Shown: positions 1 to 10,703 of the stretch, in pieces
Position numbering within the stretch: the first letter of the stretch is position 1
Layout of the letters: each line of letters opens with the position of its first letter
Origin: Ginkgo biloba
Taxonomy: Eukaryota > Plantae > Ginkgophyta
Assembly: GCA_024626585.2 (NCBI GenBank)
Contig: JANKJI020000004.1
Span: forward strand, 2,943,962-2,962,051
DNA: 18,090 bases
Direction of reading: 5' to 3'
Notes under the pieces: model-generated
Seen by the model: the letters and a program-made list of their open reading frames with translations, nothing else
Databases searched by the model: none
Told to the model about the DNA's origin: nothing
Translations under genes and position numbers: made by a program

Positions 1-437
1 CAAGATAATTTCAATAGTAAGAATTAGATTACCCCCTTAGAAACTGATCAAAACTCTTCCACATAAAACTCTATAAAACCTCCAACACCAAGCAGGTACA
101 TCAGGAAAAGAAGCCAAAGAAAGGTTTTTTTGTTATTTAATACCAATATTGGTTTTCTATAAGTAACACCCTAAATTATCCACATGAATTCACCATATTT
201 TTTCCTTACTTCAACAACATAATTCAAAGACACTATAAATAAACTTGTTCAAACCCACAATCAACACCTTAGTTTAATACTAGCTATGGTGAAGGGGTGA
301 GAATTCTGACAAATCTAATAAAATTCCTCATTCTATCACATTTCAAGTCTTATCTTCTATCCACATATGATGACAAATAAGCCCTATGTCCTATCTCCAC
401 TTAAGGGGGAATAGGCCATATTTTGTATCCCCTCTTA

Positions 438-655
438 TTATAGCCTATCAAGAATCAACTGGAATTGTGGATCCAGAAACTGTTATCAGAATGAACAATT
501 GCGACAAATAGGCCAGAATTTATCCAGAATGCTTAGCCTATTTTCTTGGAGTTCTCTATCTTATTGTGGTTCATTCTTCCTACTCGCTTTTTCTTCACTT
601 TGTTTTGCTTGTTCTTCAATGCAAGTAAATATGTGATTCCCTAAAAGGATGAACC
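438..655 (+). repeat. Diverged direct repeat, copy 1
   Basis: Shares TTATAGCCTAT (438/879), AATTGTGGATCCAGAAAC (463/904) and AAATATGTGATTCCCT (627/1074) colinearly with copy 2. Confidence 0.8.
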
Positions 656-878
656 ACTTAGTGCACTGATGGGTCAATGGGTCATAAATATTACTTTTGG
701 GCTGTCTCTTCACTCTGTTGATGCCTCTGGCATGGCTTGAGCTAGATTCTTTTACGTAAAATTAAAAAAGTCCTACCACTGTTTGCTGGTTGCCGCAAAA
801 AGTACTTGTACAGCAGATGACTCATTAGGTGCGATATGGTTGCCTTTGACTCTTAACATCTGTTGGAATCTACTCAAA

Positions 879-1102
879 TTATAGCCTATGCAGAATGAAC
901 TACAATTGTGGATCCAGAAACCAGAATTCAAAATGAATGGGGAGAAGGGGGTGGAATTTTATCCTGAATCCCTAGGCAATTTTTCTTATTCTCCATATTT
1001 CGATGGGTGATTGCTTCATCTTCTTCCTTTTTGTTTCTTCTTTCACTTTATCCACCTGTTCTTCAGTGTAAGCAAATATGTGATTCCCTTAAAGGGTCAA
1101 CT
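879..1102 (+). repeat. Diverged direct repeat, copy 2
   Basis: Same anchors as 438-655, offset 441-447 bp. Confidence 0.8.
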
Positions 1103-1489
1103 ACCATTGCTTTACCCAAAATAGATGCCATCTACGTTGGAATATCTCTGGAGGAAAAATTTCCCTTCTTTGTCATTGTATGGGCTATTTTACATTTAAC
1201 CATGAAACCGGTTCGATAATGTACACAATATAGAAATTGTAAACAAGACGAATGTTCTGCCATTTCCTCCCAATGGTAGGCGGTTAAAGGTAAAATGATC
1301 CACAATTATGAGTACCCTTCAAGCTCAACCACTTCCCATGTAAATGTGTCATGATACCATAGTTTAATTGTGGTTAATGGTGTGATTATGTCAATCTACT
1401 CAATCTATCAAATGACATGTCCCCTGTGTCTGCCCTTGGCAAGCTATGATTGGACCAATCATAGGTCTAGTGATATTCTTAGTGTAGTA

Positions 1490-1530
1490 CTAGTATGCAC
1501 CCGTGGCAAATAATTGCCACGGGTGTGTAC
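1490..1530 (-). mobile_element. Helitron 3' terminus (GC-rich hairpin + CTAG|T)
   Basis: Perfect 12-bp inverted repeat CACCCGTGGCAA / TTGCCACGGGTG (1498-1509 / 1514-1525). The minus strand reads CCCGTGGCAATTATTTGCCACGGGTGCATA-CTAG|T, the canonical Helitron end layout. The 5' end is not located and may lie in the gap at 1581-1680. Confidence 0.65.
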
Positions 1531-2526
1531 CCTGAGAAGGCTCACCCCCTCCCCCCCGCACCCCCTCCTCGTCCAGTCGGNNNNNNNNNNNNNNNNNNNN
1601 NNNNNNNNNNNNNNNNNNNNNNNNNNNNNNNNNNNNNNNNNNNNNNNNNNNNNNNNNNNNNNNNNNNNNNNNNNNNNNNNTGTCATTCTGCCCTGCATTT
1701 ATTGCTATTGATGTCACCTTTCAGACCATCATTGAATGCAACTTGTCTGTCGCAATAGATGCAACTGGTCTGCTCCTATAAATGTGCTCCGTCATGCTGA
1801 TGCCATCTCTGCCATAAGTGTGGCCTGTCCTTTGCATTTAATGCTTCCATATCGCATTTATTGCTTGTTCATGACTGCTGATGTCCTTGAGTCCTTNNNN
1901 NNNNNNNNNNNNNNACAGAATGAAATTTGCTCTGTTTGTTGAAATCCACCATCCACTAGCCATCTGCGATGTGGCACCAATCATGCTGCTTACATGCATG
2001 TAAACATCCTATCAATCTTTACTCATTTGCATTCTGTACACTCAGTAGCCACAAATGATCATAATTAACATGGATAGTTTTCCTTAAATAATTACTCGCA
2101 CTTCAAATTTTATGTTAAGAGAGTAGAAATGTAATATATTTTGCATATGGATGTCTATATGNNNNNNNNNNNNNNNNNNNNNNNNNNNNNNNNNNNNGAG
2201 TTCTTTGACATAAATCCTGTGGACATCTAATGAGTTGACCGATCAACTCAATGTTATTTAATAAGTAAAACCATAACCCATGAACTCAATTTTAAGTATG
2301 AACATTGATAAAAGCCTCTTCAACTTGCATGCAACCGTTATAGTTACTTATCTCAATAGCTTGACAGAAATTTGCTTTCAAGTATGATGTACACGAATAC
2401 AATGCCTTTGCTTTTTGTGTACTCTGATGAAGTATTTTATTTTTGCGTGAGGGAAATGCCATTAGTGAAAAAACACCATGAAGGCATTAAGTTCAATTTC
2501 TATGAAAAATAAGGGAAAGCTATCAG

Positions 2527-2555
2527 GGCGATTATTTTCCACGGGTGTTTACTAA
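2527..2555 (+). mobile_element. Degenerate Helitron 3' terminus of the same family, opposite orientation
   Basis: GGCGATTATTTTCCACGGGTGTTTACTAA|T matches the reverse complement of 1489-1518 at 25/30 and ends in CTRR|T. Confidence 0.5.
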
Positions 2556-3048
2556 TAAGTTATAACATCCCAGTTTGTGAAACATTTCTATGATACAAAT
2601 TTGTGTAAGTATGATTTTTGGATGGGTTCCATCACTGTTGTTGCTATAAGAATCCTTAGCCCCACCTGCTGTACATAAGATTGGTTGAATATTAACCTCT
2701 GAGATTTTGTTGATTTGAAGTCCCTCAGGTGATCACATTCTGCACAATTAGTGTCTTGTTTAGCCATTTCAGTTTTTGAGCCAGCCAAATTTCTATCAAT
2801 CAAATCAATAATGTTGTGAGCTTGCAAGAGATGATCTAAAAGCAAAACCAATGCTGAAAAACAAGTAATATCACATTGCTCTGTGATTTCTTATGGGAAC
2901 AATGATGCTAAAGTCTTGTCTTGGATGGACCAAAAATGTTCACCGTATGATGGGTCTTGAACATCGTTGGTCTTTGATTGTTTGCTGGGCTTGATGTTAA
3001 TTGTCCAATAGACTGATACTCAATGTGCTTACTGCTTTATTGCTTCAG

Positions 3049-3133
3049 GTCAGACGAGGAGCCGGTTGATCCTAAACCCGACATTGAGGAATCTTGCAAG
3101 CCAAAGTGTGTGAAGCCACTTCTTCAATATCAG
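3049..3133 (+). CDS. QCR6: Internal coding exon (probably exon 2) of mitochondrial cytochrome b-c1 complex subunit 6 (hinge protein, QCR6/UQCRH)
   Basis: Reads G + SDEEPVDPKPDIEESCKPKCVKPLLQYQ, matching the plant QCR6 N-terminus (acidic start, VDPK, EESCKPKCVKPLL.YQ). Flanked by acceptor ttgcttcAG (AG at 3047-3048), a branch-point-like CTGAT at 3013-3017, and donor CAG|GTATC at 3134. The ORF-track entry 3023..3241 simply reads through both splice sites. Confidence 0.93.
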
Positions 3134-4140
3134 GTATCATGTTTTATTACATTGATAGTGAATTGCATGGTAACTTACTTTGAATGGATGAATACTGCTT
3201 TTCAACACTGTTTGTGTGTGGCATTTATCTTCTTGTTCTAATTGAACTGAGCCATTTTGTTAAATAGAATAAAAATCGTTGGTGGTGACCAAATTATCTA
3301 TCTGAAAGACCAATTTTGCCTGATGTAAGGTNNNNNNNNNNCTTATTTCAGTTGGATTTCACTCAACCTGTGTGAAATGCTGAAGTTTCAGTGGTCTTGT
3401 AAGATGGTATACACACTCGAGGATGATGCAAGTGTACATTAATCATCTATGTCAGAGGTTAATTATAAGAGTTCCGTTTTTCTTTCGTCTTTTTATATTG
3501 GGTGCACAGGAATGGATTTACCTTCTAGTCAGTAATATTTAGTTTGTAAGAATGTGCATATTTCTTTATGCTTGATTAGAATTTCTCTAGTTACTTAGTA
3601 AGTATTTGTTTTTAGTACTTCATCATATACAAGTTGACACTCCTAGGCTTCGTGGGTGTGGGTGTAGGTTTGGTTCTGGCATTTGAGAATCTGGGTTTGT
3701 GGGTGCAGGCATGGTTAATCATTTTCATTTTGATGTGAGGGTTGCATGCCTGGTAGACTGTACCACTTCCAAAAAGTTGGAAAGAGTTACCAATAAGCAG
3801 TAAGGTCAGGAATTGAATGCTGCTTAAAAGGGTTGGACTCAACAAATATATATCTGTTGATTCAGTTGTCAGCAAGTGTATCTAGGTCTGGTTGCATCTA
3901 TGATCGTAATCTAAATGCACTGGTCAGAGTGTGATAACTGCAATTGCAAAACTAAAATGGATAGTCACTGTAATCCATTGGACCTATTGTTAAAGTATGA
4001 CATGAAATGTTTGTAAACAAAAACAATTAAGTGAAAAGGTGTCACCGTGGAAAATTTTAGTGGCTATATATAGCTAATTGGCTATTTTCTACAAACATTT
4101 TCAAAAATTACATTCACCAATAGGCCAAATTCCTCTAAAA

Positions 4141-4573
4141 TCTATACTATATATCTAAAAAAATTAGAATGTACATCCATCCATCCATTCATGAATTTAA
4201 TTGAATAAAATTTTGAATTCCATTATAGATATGTGTTATTTAAAAAATAAAATCCATACATAAACCACTCCTATGAAACATTGATTCATAGTCGTCGATA
4301 TTAACCAAGATAAATCTCAAAGAAGATTTGTATATACACATTTTGGTTTAGATTTGAATGAAACGTTGAAGATTGAGCAATCTCTAATGAGAACATTTTA
4401 CTCTGCGTTTTCTGTTCCATTGCTTTGTTAAATTTATGGTTAATGTTACATAATATGGGAGGCATCAGTGTTCAAGGATCAAATTCCAACCCTCAGAGGT
4501 CTGTTAGATATAGGTTAGAATAGGATTCATAATGTAATAAAAGTGTCACATGATTAAGTGACGTAAGTAAATA
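4141..4573 (+). mobile_element. Possible non-autonomous Helitron 5' end and AT-rich body
   Basis: A|TCTATACTATATATCTAAAA at 4140/4141 resembles Helitron 5' termini and is followed by a short (CATC)n run at ~4174-4188. No 3' end seen before the N gap. Confidence 0.35.
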
Positions 4574-5411
4574 NNNNNNNNNNNNNNNNNNNNNNNNNNN
4601 NNNNNNNNNNNNNNNNNNNNNNNNNNNNNNNNNNNNNNNNNNNNNNNNNNNNNNNNNNNNNNNNNNNNNNNNNNNNNNNNNNNNNNNNNNNNNNNNNNNN
4701 NNNNNNNNNNNNNNNNNNNNNNNNNNNNNNNNNNNNNNNNNNNNNNNNNNNNNNNNNNNNNNNNNNNNNNNNNNNNNNNNNNNNNNNNNNNNNNNNNNNN
4801 NNNNNNNNNNNNNNNNNNNNNNNNNNNNNNNNNNNNNNNNNNNNNNNNNNNNNNNNNNNNNNNNNNNNNNNNNNNNNNNNNNNNNNNNNNNNNNNNNNNN
4901 NNNNNNNNNNNNNNNNNNNNNNNNNNNNNNNNNNNNNNNNNNNNNNNNNNNNNNNNNNNNNNNNNNNNNNNNNNNNNNNNNNNNNNNNNNNNNNNNNNNN
5001 NNNNNNNNNNNNNNNNNNNNNNNNNNNNNNNNNNNNNNNNNNNNNNNNNNNNNNNNNNNNNNNNNNNNNNNNNNNNNNNNNNNNNNNNNNNNNNNNNNNN
5101 NNNNNNNNNNNNNNNNNNNNNNNNNNNNNNNNNNNNNNNNNNNNNNNNNNAAATTATCCATCAACAGGACACAATGGTGTTTTTATTTCAATAAGTTATT
5201 TGTGGTTATCTAATGCAAGTGAAGCAACTTGTTATCCATTCATTTCGGGTATGCCCCAAACATTTGGGAATTATGTATTTTGTTCTGAACCCTTGTTATA
5301 AAATGTTTTGTTGAGGACCATTGTCCACGCAAAGGGAGATTACACAAAGGGCACTTGATCATTGATAGATAAGCCAAGAACTAGTTATAGTGAAGGCTAA
5401 GTGGTTAATAA

Positions 5412-6118
5412 TTCAAGAACTAGGAGAGTTGGGACTAAATGGTAGAATGGACAATAACTTAATTAAATGTTATAAACAATTAGAACATAGTCCAATACCA
5501 TTCAATATTAAAAATGGGATTGTAACAACTAATGAAAATCAAATAATCAACAACCAAAAACTAACTACAACCAACCAACAAGAGGGGAGGAACTGGTAAT
5601 TACCAAGGCTAGTATGCTGCATAGAAAAAGGGAAAAAAAAGTAGCAACAACATCATCTCTTGGGTGCATTTAAAGGGATAATTGAATATGATCTTTGATT
5701 TGGGTTGAATATAAATTGGAGTCCAACTTTATCTCATATTGGTGGCAAAGATGAGGTTGACAAAAACTAGAAGAAAACCATAAAAAATATGACCACAAGT
5801 GTTGGAAGTGATTTGGAGTTAAGTCCAACACTAATGTTAGAACAAACACTTAACAAAGGAGAATACATAACGACTTAAAGAATTGTCGAACTATTGAAGT
5901 NNNNNNNNNNNNNNNNNNNNNNNNNNNTTTGGTGCCAAACCTAGGGCCAACACCATTGTCCAGCCTCTTAAAGAGACTAATAAAAGAGGACATAAAAGCA
6001 ACTGAGTGCCTCAAGAGAAAGAAAGAGTAGTACCTCAGTGAAAATCATTATCGACACTAGGTGTTGGAGAAATCTCAACTTAGGTGAAGTAAAGCTTCGA
6101 AGGAGAAACAACAAAGGC
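5412..6118 (+). repeat. Dispersed purine-rich repeat, copy A (possibly TE/LINE ORF1-derived)
   Basis: Colinear matches to 10066-10703: CTCATaTTGGTGgCAAaGATGA (5733/10346), GTCCAACA, ACAAAGGAGAA..AAAGAATTG..TATTGAAG (5853/10505), exact GACATAAAAGCAACT (5989/10580), AGCTTCGA and GAAGGAGAAA. Confidence 0.7.
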
Positions 6119-7176
6119 ATAAGCTAGTGTTGGCATGGACCTTGACCCTGACATAATGAGTTGGAGAGAATATCTCAACAAGGAAAGTGCTTTGAAGGCA
6201 AGAGCANNNNNNNNNNNNNNNNNNNNNNNNNNNNNNNNNNNNNNNNNNNNNNNNNNNNNNNNNNNNNNNNNNNNNNNNNNNNNNNNNNNNNNNNNNNNNN
6301 NNNNNNNNNNNNNNNNNNNNNNNNNNNNNNNNNNNNNNNNNNNNNNNNNNNNNNNNNNNNNNNNNNNNNNNNNNNNNNNNNNNNNNNNNNNNNNNNNNNN
6401 NNNNNNNNNNNNNNNNNNNNNNNNNNNNNNNNNNNNNNNNNNNNNNNNNNNNNNNNNNNNNNNNNNNNNNNNNNNNNNNNNNNNNNNNNNNNNNNNNNNN
6501 NNNNNNNNNNNNNNNNNNNNNNNNNNNNNNNNNNNNNNNNNNNNNNNNNNNNNNNNNNNNNNNNNNNNNNNNNNNNNNNNNNNNNNNNNNNNNNNNNNNN
6601 NNNNNNNNNNNNNNNNNNNNNNNNNNNNNNNNNNNNNNNNNNNNNNNNNNNNNNNNNNNNNNNNNNNCTTAAACATATAGACTCTTAAAATTATGGCATT
6701 AAGTAAATTGAGAATAAATATGCTGTGCACATATTGAGTTAGTTAAATATCCCTTATAGAATAGACATTAGTGTTCTATGCATTTAGTACGCATATAAGT
6801 CATGATTTATTATCATCATTTCTTGTGACCAATGTTTTATCCTTATAAGCAAAAAAATACTTTTTAGAGCATTCCTAATTTTTCATTAGATGTGAACATT
6901 ACCTTAATTATATATATAAGCTATAACATAAGAAACCATATCACATATAGAATAAAATATATGTGCACTCATGATTCATGATGATAATATTTCATCAAAA
7001 AACTTCTAATTCAATTTAAGAGAAACACGAAGTTTAAATATGCTTATAATTATGTTTAGTATAGTAAAATTATTTCAGTAGCCTTAGACAAAATACTATA
7101 TAAAATTATAAAGTATTATATATATTCTATATACTATTTATAATATAATATTAATCATAATCACACCACTATTTAA

Positions 7177-7244
7177 ATGTGCATTCTAAAATTTTGTTAT
7201 TTGTTATATTAAGCCTCTACAAAGAAAACATAGGTCTTGGATCA
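7177..7244 (+). repeat. Surviving 3' end of the Gypsy 5' LTR
   Basis: 68-bp direct repeat of 12399-12466 with 12 mismatches. Ends in CA and is followed 6 nt later by a PBS-like motif. Confidence 0.72.
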
Positions 7245-7250
7245 AAATTT

Positions 7251-7263
7251 TTGTATCATATCC
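7251..7263 (+). promoter_or_regulatory. Degenerate tRNA-Met primer-binding site
   Basis: TTGTATCATATCC vs canonical TGGTATCAGAGCC (10/13), located between the LTR end and gag. Confidence 0.6.
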
Positions 7264-7683
7264 TTAGGTTTTGCTTAAGCCTGAGCTAGAATCAGAGAAG
7301 CCTGTGAATGGTTTGTACATGAAACCAATATACAAACAATAGAGGAAGTACCTATAGAACATTATCTACCAGGTTGTCGAAGGCCAACAAGTACTATAGT
7401 AAGTCAACCCAACATGATATAGTTTGAAGAATTTTTTTAAGGTAGTAATGAAGAAAGCTTTTTGATGGAAGATGAGTTGAATCAACTTCAACAAAATATT
7501 TTTGATTTTACAAGAATTTGGCAAAGGGAAAATGACTCTCATGCCACAACTACATGCATCTAATGCGGCAATAGCTCAACCAAAAGCTTTTATAGCTCCA
7601 AATACAACCATTACTAGTACATAGAATGTAGTAGTTCTCTGATCGAATGATTGACTTAGAGAATATCATCTTTCCTTCCAAAT

Positions 7684-9429
7684 CCTTTCAAGGTGGAGGC
7701 TTAGGTTGAAATAGAGCCTTTTGATGGAATGTGTAACGTAGGGCAAGTAGACAACTAGTCGAAGCAGTCCAAAAAATATTTCTCTTGACAAGGATATAAT
7801 GATACTTAGAAATTGACCTTTGTAAGATTGAGGATGACAAACCAAGCTTTGTTATGGTTGGAAAACTTCTGTTAAAGACACAGGCAACTAGGGAAATTAC
7901 TCATTAGGAGTTGGGAAGAATTCAAGCAAGTTACCAAAAAGAAGTTTTATCTTGGAGCATATGAAAGAAACTTCAAGATTTAATGACAATACTTGAGTAA
8001 TAAGATAGGCCAAAGTGTGGCAATCTATATTCATGCATTTTCTTAGTTTACCATTAAGCTGAAGATCCTTTAAGAGGAAGAAGATTGGGTGTTGAAGTAC
8101 GTTGGAGGGCTACACACCCCCATCCAAAAAGAGTTAAAGCTTTTTGAGGTGACAATAGTGAATGATGCCTACAAGAAGGCAATGGTAGTGTAAACCAAGA
8201 GCAAGGCTCCTGTACATGCAACTTCGTTCTTTAAGCAATGGAACCCCCTAGGGAAATCCTAGAATAAAGAGACAAGGACAACAAATAATGTGCATGTTGA
8301 TAATCAAATTGTAGGCCAATGAAACAACACGCATTGTAGGAAGACCATTTGTGAAACTTGCAAAACAAATGGCCATAAACAAGAAGATTGTCGTATTTTG
8401 CATCAGTAAATTGGTTTTGATGGCTATAGAAAAAACATCAAATAGAAAAGGGAGCAACTATTTTCCACAAAGATCCAAGTTAAGAAAGATCCTGTGGCAA
8501 CAATCTTTGATCCATGGAGCTAGAAGAATCTTGTTTCTACAGTTGTTGTAGGGCAATTCAACTTGGCTATAGTAGAGCGCCATCCCAAACCATATGCTCT
8601 AGATTGGCTATGCAAAGATGCCTAATCACCATCACCAAACAATGCAAATTCAAATTTGCTATCTCCAAGAATTTTATTGATGAGATAGAGTGTGATGCAA
8701 TGCCATTATACGTATGCAGAGTCATCTTGGGAAGTCTTTATCTATGGGACAAAGATGCAAAATTCAAGAGGAGGCCTAATCAGTACATGCTAGTTAAGGA
8801 AAGCCAAGCATATCCAATTAGAGCCAAAGGAAACCGGGAATCAATTTTCCTAATCACAACTACTCAAGCTAAAAGGCTTATTATTGCTTCAAGAATGTTT
8901 GTCTTGCTAACCTTGAGACCCATAGAGGGTCAAGCAATAGATGGGGATGGTGCACAATCAACTTTGAAAATGCAGAGTAGTAGAGACAANNNNNNNNNNN
9001 NNNNNCAAGCACCTTGAAGGAATGCCTCCTAAGAGAGCTATGAACATAGGATTGACTTGTTGCAAGGAATGGTACTCCCAAATTCATCTATATAGGAGTT
9101 CAGTCTTGGAGAATGAAGTGATCAAGAAGCAACTCCAAGAAATGCTAAGTAAAGGACATGTGAAGACCAACACCTCACCTTGTCTTTAGTAGTCCTAGTC
9201 CCACAAAAAGATGGCACTTGCAAGATGCTTATTGACTAGAGAGCCTTAAATAAGATCACGGTGAAAATCAATACCTAATGCCAAGGATAGAGGACTTTCT
9301 AGATGAGCTCTAAGGAGTAAGATTCTTCATCAAGATAGACTTAAAATATGTGTGCCATCAAGTCAGTGTCAAGGAAAGAAATGCATGGAAGATTGGTTTC
9401 AAGAAAAGGTCAGGGCTCTTTTAATGGAT
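7684..9429 (+). pseudogene. Gypsy gag-pol pseudogene (gag, aspartic protease, N-terminal reverse transcriptase) with many stops and frameshifts
   Basis: Gag: PFKVEA*VEIEPFDG (7684) and WEEFKQVTKKKFY (7912). Protease: LFSTKIQVKKDPVATIFDPWS*KNLVS (FD at 8506) and ITKQCKFKFAISKNFIDEIECDAMPLYVCRVILGSLYLWD. RT: GMPPKRA, ENEVIKKQLQEMLSKGHV, VLVPQKDGTCKMLID*RALNKIT (~9190-9260), MPRIEDFLDEL*GVRFFIKIDLK..CHQV. Cut off by the N gap at 9430. Confidence 0.9.
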
Positions 9430-10065
9430 NNNNNNNNNNNNNNNNNNNNNNNNNNNNNNNNNNNNNNNNNNNNNNNNNNNNNNNNNNNNNNNNNNNNNNN
9501 NNNNNNNNNNNNNNNNNNNNNNNNNNNNNCTTGAATGTTTTCTCTCATGTTTTAGCCGAAGTAAATGAAATGCTTGGATGTTTAAGTTATGAGTTCATGC
9601 TCGAATATGTAATGGTTAAGGTATCATCTCATGCGATTTCTAACAAGTTTGAGGGAAAAACATCGAAGTATCATTGTGAAAACGTGTGGAAAGTCGCACA
9701 ACATCGGAGAACGATTTGTAGAAAACGCTAGTGTTAAAAAACGGTAGGTGAAGGCTAAAGATTTTTCATAGCAAGGTTGCTCGTGAAAAGGAGGACACGC
9801 CCAACGAAGAATGGGATAGAGATGGTGAATTTATAATAAGACCTAACTAATACAAGTTGGTTAAGGATGGAGGAGTTATACCATTAACTCCCAAAACAAT
9901 TAAGATCAACTAGCCTTGATCATTGTTATGCAAGCAAAGAGAGAGTAAATGTTGTGCAATGGTAAGCCCACAAAATTAGGAAGAGAAGAATTCGTAGAGA
10001 ATCGCCAGTAAAGAGGCAAGACAATTCAAATAGAGGAAAGATTTGCCTCAAAATATAAAGTTGTG

Positions 10066-10703
10066 TTCAAAGGACTAGGAAGAAAGATCCTAGATAATGA
10101 CTTCATTAAACAAGAATACAATGCAAAGTACCTTGAAACCTACACACAACAATTAAGGGTTTAAGGAGCCATTTGGAGCTGACAAAAAATGGCTAACTCC
10201 GACAAGCTAGAAAATGGTTAATAGTAGGGCAAATTCATAGCGAGTTTTCACATTTGAAAGGTAAGGCAATTGAAATCACCATCTTCAAAAGGGGGATGGT
10301 GGGGGTGATATGGTTTGGATTTGATTTGGAGTAGAAGTCAACTCTCTCATCTTGGTGACAAGGATGATGACAACAAAAAGCAGAAGAATGCTGCCAAAAA
10401 TATGGATAAGTAAGAAATCCATGAAATATATGACCAAGAGTTTGGACGTGTTTCAGAGTTGAGTTTGAGTCCAACATTTACGTTGGATGGAACATTTTAA
10501 TTTGACAAAGGAGAAAACAAAGCAACTCAAAGAATTGGCTAAGTATTGAAGCCAATCTTGGGTTTGACAAAAGAGAAGTGACATAAAAGCAACTAAGCGT
10601 CGTAAGAGAGATTATTGTCAGACTTAAACTCAACCTTGACTTTAGGCTTTAAAGTAGAGTTCAGCTTCGACAAATAAAAGATTAGAAGGAGAAATGATGA
10701 AGG
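10066..10703 (+). repeat. Dispersed purine-rich repeat, copy B, nested within the Gypsy relic
   Basis: Same anchors as copy A. Lies between the truncated Gypsy RT and the 3' LTR. Confidence 0.7.

Noticed and set aside
1100-1260. Faint LINE ORF1 / zinc-knuckle resemblance (AIYVGISLEEKFP...NCKQ)
   Set aside because: Too degenerate to support without a profile search.
2231-2250. Hairpin TGAGTTGA-CCGA-TCAACTCA and other small stems at ~2389-2500
   Set aside because: Short stems with no miRNA, snoRNA or MITE context, and plausible by chance.
2901-3017. Possible intronic box C/D snoRNA (ATGATGC ... CTGA)
   Set aside because: The C box is imperfect, there is no terminal stem or recognisable rRNA antisense element, and the CTGAT is better explained as the branch point of the 3048 acceptor.
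3023-3241. 72-aa ORF as a complete gene
   Set aside because: Only 3049-3133 is QCR6-like. The flanks are intron read-through across canonical splice sites.
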